In this document: positions 24,156-37,812 of the stretch, in pieces
Numbering within the stretch: the first letter of the stretch is position 1
Layout: every line of letters begins with the position of its first letter
From: Malacoraja senta
Lineage: Eukaryota
Reading direction: 5' to 3'
Assembly: GCA_038087875.1 (NCBI GenBank)
Contig: CM075988.1
Location: 4,278,001-4,342,000 of the forward strand
Length of the DNA stretch: 64,000 nucleotides
Position numbers and translations under genes: made by a program
Notes under the pieces: model-generated
Database searches by the model: none
Told to the model about the DNA's origin: nothing
What the model saw: only the letters and a program-made list of their open reading frames with translations

Positions 24156-25555
24156 ATGTTGTTATCTGAAATTCTCTGGCCCCTAACCTCCTTTCCCCTA
24201 TTGACACTATTGATTTTCTAACAATATTTTTTATAAGACAATGCTTCTTGGGAACGCATTGTAGCAAATCACCAGTAGTATATTGTAATGTAGGCAATTC
24301 AGCGGATGTTCGCAAAGGTTAATTCATAGAGTCATAGATATAGTGTGGAAACATGCCCTTCAGTCCAACTTGCCCACTCTGGCCAACATGCCCCAGCTAC
24401 ACTAGTCCCACCTGCCTGCACTTGGTCCATATCCCTCCAAACCTGCCCTCCATGTACCTGTCTAACTATTTCTTAAATGTTGGGACAGTCCCAGCCTCAA
24501 CTACCTCCTCTGGCAGCTTGTTCAATACTCCCACTTTTGTGTGAAAAAGTTACCCCCTCAGATTCCTATTAAATGTTTTCCCCTTCACTTTGAACCTATG
24601 TCTTCAATTCCCCTACTCTGGGCAAGAGACTCTGTGCGTCTACCCCATTTATTCCTCTCATGAATTCCTGGGATAAAGAAATAAAAGAAAAGGCATTTAT
24701 GTTCTCAGAGGGTGGCGAAGCTTTAGAATTCTCCATCCCGGAGAGTTATGGAGGATAAAGCAGTGATTGTATTCGGATCCGGAGGACAATTTTTTGGGCC
24801 ATGGGGGAATTAAGGATTCTGGGACACAGGCAAAGAAATTGAGCTGAGGCCAAGATCTGTTCAGCCACAATCTGATTAAAAGATGGCACGCCTTCCAAAG
24901 AGCTTTAGCCTCTACCAATCTCTTATCGTTCACAAGTTCACAAGTTATAGGAGTACAGTTAGGCCATTCGGTACATCGAGTCATGGGTGATCTCTGCCTC
25001 CTGCCTTCTCCCCATAACCATTGACACCCGTTCCAATCAAGAATTTGTCTATCTCTCCCTTTAAAATATCCACTGACTTGGCCTCCACAGCCCTTTGTGG
25101 CAATGAGTTCCACAGATTAAGTTCATCCTCAACTCCTCTTATGTGCTTAGATTTACAGAACCAGCGACAGACAGACACTCACAAAACACGCACCAAGAAG
25201 TCCTTCTTCCAATCACATCAACCTGGTTCAGAAATTGCGTTCATGTCTAATTACCTGAATCTGTAAGCTCACGCATTAGCATATCAAAGGTTTGTCTATT
25301 TATGTTTTGAAATTATTTCTATCTATTGTGCTTCAGTCAGCATTTTAATTGCAGATCTCAACCACTGGTGTGTGAGCTGCGGTGAGATTCCCACCACCCC
25401 ATGGCGCAGCGAGGAAGTGGGGAAAGAGAGAAAAGGCTGCCAGAGGGGAGGATGTCCAATTAGACTGTCGTGGGACAATGGAATGTTTATCGGGCAGAAG
25501 AGGTCCTGCCAATGTTGAAGAGCTGGAGTAAGATGTTAACTGGGGATCAGAGGAT

Positions 25556-26108
25556 ACGATGCCTCGGCCTGGCCTGCAGCATAATCAAGGATGAGTCGCG
25601 CCTCACCCCGGCCACTCCCTCTTCTCCCCTCTCCCATCAGGCAAAAGGTATAGAAGTGTGAAAACGCACACCACCAGATTCAGGGACAGTTTCTTCCCAG
25701 CTGTTATCAGGCAACTGAATCATCCCATCACAACCAGAGAGCCGTGCTGAACTACTATCTACCTCATTGGTGACCCTTGGACTATCTATGATCGATGCCT
25801 TTGCTGGCTTTACCTCGCACTCAACGTTATTCCCATATCATGAATCTGTACACTGTAAATGGCTCGATTGTAATCATGTATTGTCTTTCTGCTTAATGGA
25901 AAAAAAGCAACAAGGAGGGGGAGGGGGAGGATATGGGGAGAAGGCAGGAAAGGGTGTGGATTGTGGATGATCAGCCATGATCACATTGAATGGCGGTGCT
26001 GGCTAGAAGGGCCAAATGGCCTACTCCTGCACCTATTGTCTATTGTCTAAATGCTTCCCACTGTACCTCGGTACACCTGACAATTAAGTAAACTGAACTG
26101 AACTAAAC
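25556..26108 (+). mobile_element. Rex1/Babar LINE 3' end with a nested CR1 tail
   Basis: SIIKDES...HSLFSPLPSGKRYRSVKTHTTRFRDSFFPAVIRQLN across a frameshift; tail CACTGTACCTCGGTACACCTGACAAT. Confidence 0.8.
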
Positions 26109-26435
26109 TGGGCAAGATCTTTTTTAACTTAGAGGGTGGTTGCCATTTGGAGTGTGCTGAATGAGAAAGAGGTGGATACAGATACTCCCACAACACTGTG
26201 GGGATGCTTGTTGTTGGAGTCAATGATGGTGGGTCAATGGTACAATGGTTCTTTATTATCACAAGTACCATGGTTCAGTGAAATACCTTTTTTTGCATAC
26301 GGTTCAATAAAAATCTTACTATAATCTTACTATACTAAAAATCTTACTATACATAGGCACATTCAGATTTAAGTGCAAAGGTGTAAGGGTTGTAGGTCAC
26401 ATGGAGGCAGTACTATTGTCTATAGTACACAAGGG

Positions 26436-26752
26436 AGGCACGATGGTGGAGTGGGAGAGCTACTTCCTTACAGCGCCAGAGACCCAGGTTCAAACCCGAT
26501 TACAGGTGCTGTCTGTATGGAATTTGTACATTCTCCCCCTGTCCTGCATGGGTTTTCTCTGAGATCTTTGGATTCTTCCCACGCTCCAAAGACGTGCCGG
26601 TTTGAAGGTTAATTGATTTGGTGTAAATGTAAAATTGTCCCTCGTGTGTGGAGAATAGTGTTAATGTTCCAGGATCGCTGGTTTGTGCGGACTCGGTGGG
26701 CCGACGTGTCTGTTTCCGGGCTGTATCTCTGAACTAATAAACTAAACTAAAC
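26436..26752 (+). mobile_element. HE1-like V-SINE
   Basis: Head, V-domain and tail. Confidence 0.8.
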
Positions 26753-27194
26753 AAGAGTTACCACATTACTAATGCCATCTTGTATCCTTCAAGTCCAAAG
26801 TTGTCAAAAATGTAGAGTCTCAATTTGGTCATGAAGGCCTGTTGTCCTGGTGGCGGTACTGGGTCGGAGTTGCAGGGGTCGGCCTGGTCTGGTAATGTGG
26901 TGATGTCCTCCACTGCTGCTTCACCGCTCTGTGCCGCTCTGTGCCGCTGCGAGCTGTTTCCAATACATGCATCTGATTCAATCTGGCCCCAGGCTGCTGC
27001 AGGGCCTCCAGCGGCACACTCCACCGACACCTCGATCCATAAGCGATGACCCACGAACGCACCGTCCCCTCACTTCACATGGCCACCGTGCCTCCCGCAC
27101 CCAACCTCAGAACCACAGAGCACCTTCGTGGACACGGGGCGTAAGTTCCCAGCTTTTTCACTGACTCTGTTCATCCACCTACATTAAAAGTCTT

Positions 27195-27552
27195 CTCACC
27201 CACCACTCCACCTCCAGGTCCCTCAGATCAGCCGACTTAGGGTTGCTGAATATCCCGCGGTCTAGGCATAAGCTCAGGGGCGACCGCGCCTTTGCGGTTG
27301 CAGCTCCTAGACTGTGGAACAGCATCCCCCTTCCCATCAGAACTGCCCCCTCCATCGACTCCTTTAAGTCAAGACTAAAAACTTATCTATACTCCCAAGC
27401 CTTTCTTGACGTCCTCTGAGTGAGGGCTATATGTATATATGTATGTAGTTTGTTTGTTTATACTATTCTTATAACAAATGTAAAGCACTTTAGCCAACGA
27501 GAGTTGTTTTTTAAATGTGCTATATAAATAAATGTGACTTGACTTGACTTGT
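27195..27552 (+). mobile_element. L2 LINE 3' end
   Basis: RSLRSADLGLLNIPRSRHKLRGDRAFAVAAPRLWNSIP...FKSRLKTYLY; tail TGTAAAGCACTTT...GCTATATAAATAAA(TGACT)n. Confidence 0.88.
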
Positions 27553-28444
27553 CTGTCTGTTCAGTTCAGTTTATTGTCACCTGTACCCAGGTACATTGAG
27601 AAGCTTTTGTTGCGCGCTATCCACTCAGCAGAAAGGCAATAAGACGTTGTACTTGACAATATACTGTCAGCATCTTGAAGATGGCTTTAGACTTTATAAA
27701 TACAACGTGGAAACAGGTCTTTCGGCCCACAGAGTCCGCGCCGACACACTAGCGACGATCTTAACAACTTACCAAAGTTGCCACACCCATCTTCCTTTGA
27801 ATAAGGTAAGCCTCTGACGTGTTTTCCCTTGAATGTCATTGAGGTCAGCTTTACAAAGTCTCCCTCTTGCTGACTCATTCAAGGAGAGACATTCTCACTT
27901 CAGACTCACAATAACCTTTGTTATTTCTTTGATGTTTTTTCACTAATGTATTATTGTTTAGAGGATAAATGGCTCTGATGACATTTAATTAAACATTGGT
28001 GAGCACGTTCTTGCTAAGTGGTGCCTTATTGCAATGTCTGTAAAACCTCCAGTTATTAATTAGTCAGGTAAGGTTTGGCCTTCAAAGGTACAAAGTGCTG
28101 GAGTAACTCAACAGGTCAAGCAGCATCTCTGGAGAACATGGACTGGTTAATATTTATGGTTGGAAGCCCTTGTCAGAAGTAGGGTCCTGACCCGAAATGT
28201 CACCTATCCATGTTCTCCGGAGATGCTGTAAGATCTGCTGAGTTATTCCAGCACTTTGTGTCCTTTATAGCAAACCGGCATCAGCAGTTCCTTGTTTCTA
28301 CGAAGGTCTGACGTGGAATGAACGTGGTATTTTCTACACGATCAGATCAAGTCTTCATTGGTGCAATCAGGTTGTTGGGTGATGCCAAAATATTTACTGT
28401 ATCCAATGATATCAGCACTATCAACATTTCATGAATGTGACGGT

Positions 28445-28875
28445 TTACAAGTTCACAAGTTATTGGAGTAGAATTAGGCCATTCGGCCCATCGAGTCTAC
28501 TCTGCCATTCAATCATGCCTGATCTCCGCCTCCTAATCCTATTTTCCTACTTTCCCTCCATAACCCATGACACCCGTTTTAATCAAGAATTTGTCTATCT
28601 CTGCTTTAAAAATATCTACTGACTTGGCCTTCATTGCCCTCTGTGGCAATGAGTTCCACAGATTAACTACCCTCAGACTAAAGAAGTTCCTCCTCACCCC
28701 CCCTATAATTCTGCGGCTGTGACCTCTGGTCCTAGACTCTCCCACCAGTGGAAACATCCTCTCCACATCCACTCTGTCTTTGCCTTTCATTATTCTGTAA
28801 GTTTCAATGAGGTCCCCCCTCACCCTTGTAAACTCCAGCGAGTACAGGCCCAGTGCTGTCAAACACTCATCATAG
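28445..28875 (-). mobile_element. CR1 LINE 3' fragment
   Basis: ORF 28539-28898 reads LGLYSLEFTRVRGDLIETYRIMKG...VVNLWNSLP. Confidence 0.88.
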
Positions 28876-29205
28876 TGCAATCCCCTTATCCACATCATTA
28901 ATACTCAAATGGGTTAATCAATTTAAAGATGTTAGAGATATAGACCAGGGGAGATCATGTCCTGAAATGAGAACAATAATAAATGGAGACCCATGCCTGT
29001 TCAATTAACTTCTGGTTAGTGCAGCCCTTGCCCTGACCTGAGCCATGCCTCAGTGCTTGTTGTACCTGCACGGCGTAAACTAGTCTGAACCTTACCTGAG
29101 ATTTTGGGAATTACGGGCAAAGTCTGCTGATCCCGGTAACTCCCAAATTATGGAAGTACATTTACCTTACCATGGGTGGATAGGGGAATGGGTTATGGAG
29201 TTTAC

Positions 29206-31469
29206 ATAGATACATAGATACATAGAAAATAGGTGCAGGAGTAGGCCATTCGTCCCTTCGAGCCTGCACCGCCATTCAATATGATCATGGCTGATCATCC
29301 AACTCAGTATCCCGTACCTGCCTTCTCTCCATACCCCCTGATCCCTTTAGCCACAAGGGCCACATCTAACTCCCTCTTAAATATAGCCAATGAACTGGCC
29401 TCAACTACCCTCTGTGGCAGAGAGTTCCAGAGATTCACCACTCTCTGTGTGAAAAAGTTTTTCCTCATCTCGGTCTTAAAGGATTTCCCCCTTATCCTTA
29501 AGCTGTGACCCCTTGTCCTGGACTTCCCCAACATCGGGAACAATCTTCCTGCATCTAGCCTGTCCAACCGCATAAGAATTTTGTACGTTTCTATAAGATC
29601 CCCTCTCAATCTCCTAAATTCTAGCGAGTATAAGCCAAGTCTATCCAGTCTTTCTTCATATGAAAGTCCTGACATCCCAGGAATCAGTCTGGTGAACCTT
29701 CTCTGCACTTCCTCTATGGCTATAATGTCCTTCCTCAGATTTGGAGACCAAAACTGTACGCAATACTCCAGGTTTGGTCTCACCAAGACCCTGTACAACT
29801 GCAGTAGAACCTCCCTGCTCCTATACTCAAATCCTCTTACTATGAAGGCCAACATACCATTCGCTTTCTTCACTGCCTGCTGCACCTGCATGCCTACTTT
29901 CAATGACTGGTGTACCATGACACCCAGGTCTCACTGCATCTCCCCATTTCCTAATCGGCCACCATTTAGATAATAGTCTGCCTTCCCGTTTTTGCCACCA
30001 AAGTGGATAACCTCACATTTATCCACATTATACTGCATCTGCCAAACATTTGCCCACTCACCCAGCCTATCCAAGTCACCTTGCAGTCTCCTAGCATATT
30101 CCTCACAGCTAACACTGCCCCCCAACTTAGTGTCATCCGCAAACTTGGAGATGTTGCTTTCAATTCCCTCGTCCAGATCATTAATATAAATTGTAAATAG
30201 CTGGGGTCCCAGCACTGAGCCTTGCGGTACCCCACTAGTCACTGCCTGCCATTGTGAAAAGGACCCGTTTACTCCTACTCTTTGCTTCCTGTTTGCCAGC
30301 CAGTTCTCTATCCACATCAATACTGAACCCCCAATACCGTGTGATTTAAGTTTGTATCCTAATCTCTTATGTGGTACCTTGTCGAAAGCCTTCTGAAAGT
30401 CCAGATACAACACATCCACTGGTTCTCCCCTATCCACTCTACTAGTTACATCCTCGAAAAATTCTATAAGATTCGTCAGACACGATTTACCTTTCGTAAA
30501 TCCATGCTGACTTTGTCCAATGATTTCACCACTTTCCAAATGTGCTGCTATCCCATCTTTAATAACTGACTCTAGCAGTTTCCCCACTACCGATGTTAGA
30601 CTAACTGGTCTGTAATTCCCCGTTTTCTCTCTCCCTCCCTTCTTAAAAAGTGGGGTTACGTTTGCTACCCTCCAATCCTCAGGAACTACTCCAGAATCTA
30701 AAGAGTTTTGAAAAATTATCACTAATGCATCCACTATTTCTGGAGCTACTTCCTTAAGTACTCTGGGATGCAGCCTATCTGGCCCTGGTGATTTATCGGC
30801 CTTTAATCCATTCAATTTACCCAACACCACTTCCCGACTAACCTGGATTTCACTCAGTTTCTCCATCTCCTTTGACCCGCGGCCCCCTGCTATTTCCGGC
30901 AGATTATTGATGTCTTCCTTAGTGAAGACGGAACCAAAGTAGTTATTCAATTGGTCCGCCATATCCTTGTTCCCCATGATCAATTCACCTGTTTCTGACT
31001 GCAAGGGACCTACATTTGTTTTAACTAATCTCTTTCTCTTCACATATCTATAAAAACTTTTGCAGTCAGTTTTTATGTTCCCTGCCAGTTTCCTTTCATA
31101 ATCTATTTTCCCTTTCCTAATTAAGCCCTTTGTCCTCCTCTGCTGGTCTCTGAATTTCTCCCAGTCCTCTGGTATGCTGCTTTTTCTGGCTAATTTGTAC
31201 GCATCATCTTTTGCTTTGATACTATCCCTGATTTCCCTTGTTATCCACGGATGCACTACCTTCCCTGATTTATTCTTTTGCCAAACTGGGATGAACAATT
31301 TTTGTAGTTCATCCATGCAGTCTTTAAATGCCTTCCATTGCATATCCACCGTCAACCCTTTTAGAACTAATTGCCAGTCAATATTGGCCAATTCACATCT
31401 CATACCCTCAAAGTTACCTTTCTTTAAGTTCAGAACCGTTGTTTCTGAATTAACAATGTCCCTGATTTC
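29206..31469 (-). mobile_element. Young 5'-truncated CR1 LINE (ORF2 RT and C-terminus, 3' UTR, short repeat tail)
   Basis: ORFs 29931-31658 and 29304-29918 are in one frame, split by a single TGA; motifs KSPGPD, NYRPVSLTS, LDFQKAFDKV, GVPQGSVLGP, FADD. Confidence 0.97.
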
Positions 31470-31474
31470 GTGGG

Positions 31475-32006
31475 TAGGAAGGACCTGCAGATGCTGGTTT
31501 ACACCGGTGATGGAGACAAAATCCTGGAGTAACTCAGCGGGACAGGCAGCATCTCTGGATAGGAGGAATTTTAGTTTATTAGTGTATAGAGATGCAGATG
31601 CTGCGCGGAAACAGGCCCCTCGGCCCACCGAGTCCGTACCGATCAGCGATCTCTGCACATTAACGCTATCCTACACACACTAGAGACAATTTACACTTAT
31701 ACCAAGCCAATTAACCTACAAGCCTGTACATCTTTGGAGTGTGGGAGGAAACCAAAACCGAAGATTTTGGTGAAAATCCACGCGGTCACGGGGGGAACGT
31801 ACAAACTCCGTACAGACAGCACCCGCAGTCTGGATCACACACGGATCTCTGGCACTGCAAACGCTGTAAGGCTGCTACTAACTTCACAAATAGAATGGGA
31901 AGGAATGCCCATTCCTTCTCTTAAGAGATGCTGCCTGTCCCGCTGAATTACTCCAGCATTTTGTGTCTAACATTGATGTAAACTAGCATCTGCAGTTCCT
32001 TCCTTC
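31475..32006. mobile_element. Inverted Penelope pLTR pair interrupted by an HE1-like SINE (about 31570-31872 -)
   Basis: GGAAGGACCTGCAGATGCTGG...CAGGCAGCATCTC and its reverse complement flank the SINE. Confidence 0.75.
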
Positions 32007-32574
32007 CATTTTGTGTCTCTTTTCTATCGAGTTACTGGGCCCAACTCACACTGCATGCAACAAGAGTGCGAATGATCCAATTGTGAAGGATTTCCATCGT
32101 GGACTTTGATGTGACCTCCAACAGGGACTAAAGCCTGGATTAAGTGGAAGTGGTTCTGGTGAATATCGAGTTCAACCGCATTACCTGACATGGAATATCA
32201 TTTCAGTAGAAAGCTGGTTTGGGGCACATATCACTGACTAATACAGTCACCAACAGCTGCCTACACGGGGGACACGGGGTAGGGGGTCGGGAGGTATTGG
32301 AGGATTAATATGACACCCAGTTCCAAAGGAAAAAGTTCCTTCAGGCAATATATTAGTCAATTTAAGGATCCGCCTCCAGTTCTGAAGAAGGGTCTCAACG
32401 CGAAACATCACCCATTCCGTCTCTCCAGAGATGCTGCCTGTCCTGTTAAGTTACTCCAGCATTTTGTGTCTATCTTTGGTGAAAACCAGCATCTGCAGTT
32501 CCTTCCTACATATTCATGGACCAGTCCCACTTAGGCGATTTTTCAAGCGATTGTCGGCGACTGTCAAGTTAGGT

Positions 32575-33005
32575 TTACGAGGTTAATTCCCAAGATGGCG
32601 GGACTGTCATATGTGGCAAGAATAGAGCGACAGAGGGAATCTTATTGAAATATATAAGATTATTAAGGGATTGGACACGCTAAAGGCAAGAAACATGTTT
32701 CGGATGTTGGGGAATCTAGAACCAGGGGCCACAGTCTAAGAATAAGGGGTTGGCCATTTAGACCGGAGATGAGGAAAAACTTTTTCACCCAGAGAGTTGG
32801 AATTCTCTGCCTCAGAAAGGGGTGCGGGCCAATTCTCTGGATGCTTTCAAGAGAGAGTTAGATAGAACTCTTAAAGAAAGCGGAGTCAAGGGATATGGGG
32901 AGAAGGCAGGAACGGGGTACTGATTGTGGACGATCACAGTGAATGGCAGTGCTGGCTCGAAGGGCCAAATGGCCTACTCCTGCACCTTTTGTCTATTGTC
33001 TATTG
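32575..33005 (+). mobile_element. CR1 LINE 3' fragment
   Basis: Homologous to 11388-11822 and to the 3' part of the 29206 element. Confidence 0.85.
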
Positions 33006-33339
33006 ATCTGTTAGGGATACACCTTGGAAACAGGCCATTCGACCCACTGAGACCACACTGACCATCGATCACCCATTCACACTAGGTCTATATTATCCTT
33101 CTTTCTCGTCCACTCCCTACACACAAGAAGCCAATTAATCTAGAAACCCGCACGTCTTTGGGATGTGGGAGGAAACCAGAGGACCTGGTGGAACCCACGT
33201 GATCACAGGGAGAACGTGCAAGCTCCACACATCGATTAGTTTAGTTTAGTTTAGTTTAGTTTATAGTCACACCTACCCAGGTACAGTGAAAAGCTTTTGT
33301 TGCGTGCTATCCAATCAGTGAAAGACAATAGATGATTAC

Positions 33340-33715
33340 AATAGACAACAGATGCAGGAGTAGGCCATTTGGCCCTTTGAGTCAGCACCGCCATTCAATG
33401 TGATCATGGCTGATCATCCCCAATCAGTACCCCATATCTGCCTTCTCCCCATATCCCCTAACTCCGCTATCTTTAAGAGCCCTATCTAGCTCTCTCCTGA
33501 AAGTATCCAGAGAACCGGCCTCCACCGCCCTCTGAGGCAGAGAATTCCACAGACTCACCACTCTCGGTGAGAAAAAGTGTTTTCTCGTCTCCGTTCTAAA
33601 TGGAGACGAGAGACGTTCTAAAAAAAAATTAAAAAAAAAAAATGGCTTACCCCTTTTCTTAAATTGTGTGGTTCTGGACTCCCCCAACATCGGGAACATG
33701 TTTCCTTCCTCTAGC
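33340..33715 (-). mobile_element. CR1 LINE 3' fragment inside a Rex1 tail
   Basis: MFPMLGESRT...RVVSLWNSLPQRAVEA. Confidence 0.82.
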
Positions 33716-34269
33716 ATGTATCAATCAAGCCATCCACAGTGTACAGATACATGATAAAGGGAATAATGTTTAGTGCAAGATAACATCCAATAAAGTCTGA
33801 TTAAAGATAGTCTGAGGTAGACTATCTCCAGTGAGGTAGATAGTAGCTCAGGACTCAAGTGCTCAGCCCAAGGGACATAGAGCCCCCAATGTCGGGATCA
33901 AACCCAGAGTCTCCGGCGTTGTGAGGCAGCAAGCTCTACCAGCTGTGCCACTGTGCCGCCTGTAACTGGCCTTACCACTCTGCAACAGAGATGTTGTAAT
34001 CGGTGCAAACTCTGCTTGTAAGTTCAAGGATGGTGCTGGAGTGTGGCGACTATTTGCTGGTCCCAAAGGAGGTTCTACTGTCATCCAATACAATCACCCC
34101 ACCCTTTTAAATGTCCTCTTCCACTTGTGAGTCTTTCAGCGTTTCTAGCTGTGTTATATTCTGCTCTCTGATATCTTTCTCTTTTGTACTTGTGTTTGTT
34201 TTGATATATTCATGTATAGTATTATCTGATTTGGATGGATAACGTGCAAACAAAAACCTTTCACCGTAG

Positions 34270-35300
34270 ATAGATACAAAGTGCTAGAGCATCTCAGCGG
34301 GTCCGGCAGCATCTCTGGAGAAAATGGGTAGGTGACGTTTTGGCTCAGGACCCTTCTTTAAACTGTACACCAGCATCCGCAGTTCTATGATTCTACATTT
34401 TGGCTTTCTGCACTGTGAAATCTCCTCAAGGTATGCCTTCTTTAAAGATGTCTGAAGAAGGGTCCCGACCCACAACGTCATCCATTTCAACTCTCCAGAG
34501 ATGCTGCCTGTCCCGCTGAGTTACTCCAGCATTTTGTGTCTACCTTCTTTGAAGAAGTTCTCCTCCTCTCTCAGACGGGAGTTCTGCAACACCCTCTCTC
34601 ACTGCTCCCACTCTGTGATTCCTCCTGCCCCCCGGCTCCACCACCATGTTTTAAGCCGGACTCACTACCACTGCCACATAGTGTTTCCTTGGCACTTGCC
34701 TGTACCTCCATCTTGTACCTCGTAGCTTCCAACTCCGCTTCCAGACATCCCACTTCAGACACCGACAGTCAATCACAATAGGGAAGGAACTGCAGATGCT
34801 GGTTTACACCGAAGAGAGACACAAAGCGCCGGAGTAACTCAGCAGGACAGGCAGCATCTCTGGATAGAAGTAATGGGAGAAGTTTCAGGGTCGAGACCCT
34901 TCTTCAGACTTCTTTAAAGAAGGCATACCTTGAGGAGATTTAGCGGTGCAGTGAGTCAAAATGTAGAAGCATTGAACTGTTGACCCTGCTTTATAAGTTT
35001 CAGTTTAGAGAAGGGTCCCGACCCAAAATAGCACCTATCCTTTTTCTCCAGAGACACTGCCTGTCCCGCTGAGCTATTCCAGCACTTTGTGTCTTTCTTT
35101 GGTATAAACCATCAACTGCAATTCTTTGTTTCTAGATTTTCACTCTACTCCGATACACATGACAATAATAACCAAAGCCTAAACCTAGTTTCCCTCTCCC
35201 CTGACTCTGTCTGAAGAAGGATCTCGTCCTGAAATGTCACCTATTTCTTTTCTCGAGAGATGCTGTCTGACCTGCTGAGTTACTCCAGCTGTTTGTGCCC
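34270..35300. mobile_element. Cluster of Penelope pLTR fragments in both orientations
   Basis: At least five copies of the GAAGGGTC.CGACCC...AGAGATGCTGCCTG.CCCGCTGAG module; 34381-34541 is inverted relative to 34815-34978. Confidence 0.8.
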
Positions 35301-35508
35301 ATTACCAGCTGTCTCTCCAACGTTCTCTTTGATCTTCCACTCCGGTGTGTGGAACCTCCCCTCCTGTGGTGCCCGCATGCAGGAATTCCACTCGAGTTAT
35401 CTCACCTTTGCTTGTCGGGCACTTTAAGGCAGGATACGTTTGTAATTTGAATATAGGTGACACATCTCAATGTATGTTCATCTGGCGACTTTCCATGTCT
35501 CACGCTGC

Positions 35509-36793
35509 TTTAGTTTAGTTTAGTTTAGCTTAGAGATACAGGCCCATCCGCCCACCGAGTCCACACCGACCAGCGATCCCTGGACATTAACACTATCCTA
35601 AACACACTTGGGACAATTTACACTTATACCAAGCCAATTAACCTACAAACCTTTGGAGTGTGGGAGGACACCGAAGATCTCGGAGAAAACTCGTGTGGTC
35701 ACAGGGAGAACGTAAAAACTCCGTACAGACAGCAGCTGTAGTCAGGATCGAACCCGGGTCTCTGGCGCTAAAAGGCAGTAGATCTACCGGTGCGCCACCG
35801 TGCCGCCCTACGCCACCATGCTGCCCTACGTCACCGTGCCAAGAGTCATGTTGCTGCGAGTCTTTGGGTTGACCAGTCCACCTACAGAAGGGAAGGTCAC
35901 TGCTTGATACTTGTTTAATATCACAACTAAAGGGTTTTAGATCAAAGATTGTGACAGATCAGTGACTGGCTTTCATGATTCTGATATTCAACACCTTGAA
36001 AGGCTAATGGGGCAAATCTCGACTTGGTGTCTGTCAGTTAGATGTTTCAATCGTATCGATAGCCGCACCACAAAGAAAATAACTCTCTCTTTCATCTCGC
36101 TCCTGGTACATCTACAGAGACGTGGGTTATCTTGCCACCTGTGGGGTTGTTAATTTGTGGTGGGATTCTGTGCTTCACTGAACAGCCACCAACTGCAGTC
36201 ATACCCTTTCTATAGGTTCCCACATATTGAGTGCAGCAATCTTGAAACTCTAGAGTTATACAGTCATACAGCACGGAAACAGGATCTTTGGCCCAACTTG
36301 TCCATGTCGACCAAGATGCCCCATCTAAGGTAGTACCATTAGTCATGTTTGATCCTGTAAACCTTCCCCAACCATGTACCTGTCCAAATATATATATTTA
36401 AAGTTGTTATTGTGCATGCCTGAACCGATTCCTCTGGCAGCTCATTCTATATACAGTATATACTTATCACACTCTGTATTACAACATTGCCCCTCAGGTT
36501 CGGCACGGTGGTGCAGCGGTAGAGTTGCTGCCTTACAACGCCAGGGATATGGGTTCAATCTTGACTATGGGTGCTGTCTGTACAGAGTTTGCACGTTCTC
36601 CCTGTGACTGCGTGGGTTTCCTCCAGGTGCTCTGGTTTCCTCTCACAACACAAAGATGTGTGGGTTTGCTGGTTAGTTGGCTTCTATAAATTCCCCTTAG
36701 TGAGTAAGATTGAACCAGTGTATGGGTGATCGCTTATCGGCACAGACTCGGTGTGCCAAAGGGCCTGTATCCGCACTGTATCTTGAAACTAAA
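35509..36793. mobile_element. Two HE1-like SINEs (35509-35810 -, 36500-36793 +) and a CR1 tail
   Basis: Same motifs as other copies. Confidence 0.78.
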
Positions 36794-37338
36794 CCCTTGC
36801 ATTAAACCTGTACTCATGATACTTACTGAGGCCACAAGCTGCCCACACAAATCTGAGCTCCTGACGCCAGGCTCCTAAACACAGGCTCACCTACTCATCC
36901 TCCTGAGTCTTAGCTCTTGATCCAGTGCTCCTAAACACCGCCTAAACACAGCCTTCTGAACCCAAGTTCCTTAGCGCAACCTTCTAACTCCAAGTTCTTA
37001 AATATGGTCTTCTAAAGTCAGGCTGCAGAGCCTAGGTTAATGTCCTACACTAGTTCGTTCACTCGTGTGTCAGACGACGTGTAGCTCGCTGTTGGCTCCT
37101 GTCGTCGTCCAACATGTTGACAGAATTGGTCGCCCGACGCGTCACACAGTGCATCGTGCCGTCGCTTCTGGGGATCGGCACGAGGAGGCTTCTGTCATGA
37201 TCCCCCCTACACTGCTGACAGAACTTAATCAAGGCTGTGTCGGAAGGAACTGCAGATGCTGGTTTAAACCGAAGGTAGACACAAAAAGCTGGAGCAACTC
37301 AGCAGGTCAGACAGAATCTCTGGAGTAAAGAAATAGGT

Positions 37339-37366
37339 GACGTTTCGGGTCGAGACCGTTCTTCAG
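37339..37366 (-). ncRNA. Minimal hammerhead-ribozyme-like motif in a Penelope pLTR
   Basis: Minus strand CTGAAGA-A-CGG-TCTCGA-CCC-GAAACGTC: CUGANGA and GAAA cores around a short helix II. Confidence 0.6.
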
Positions 37367-37667
37367 ACTGAGAGTCAGGGGAAAGGGAAACGAGAGATAT
37401 AGACGGTGATGTGGAGACATATAGAACAAATGAGTGAAATGCTGTGATCAGTGTTAACCAGAAAAACCATTGACCAGCTTCAGTAATGGATGAGAATAGG
37501 TCTTGTTTTCAAGTGGTGGTGCTGTGTTGATGGGGATCACGGTTATTGTTCATCCAGTTACATGTGCTTGGCATTAAGCATTGTGCTTGGCGAGACAGAG
37601 GCTCCTTTATCCCACACACCCAAGATTCATCGTTGTCAGTGCTGACATTTCCTGTAATAGCAGCGCA

Positions 37668-37812
<145 letters not shown>

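Noticed and set aside
27765..27880. Possible minus-strand exon MSQQEGDFVKL...GNF ending at GTAAGT
   Set aside because: No recognisable homology and no supporting neighbouring exons.
31470..31658. N-terminal ~63 aa of the 575-aa ORF
   Set aside because: Chance read-through from SINE and pLTR sequence into the truncated CR1; not a real start.
34381..34978. Large inverted repeat suggesting a DNA transposon
   Set aside because: Both arms are Penelope pLTR sequence, and no target duplication was found.
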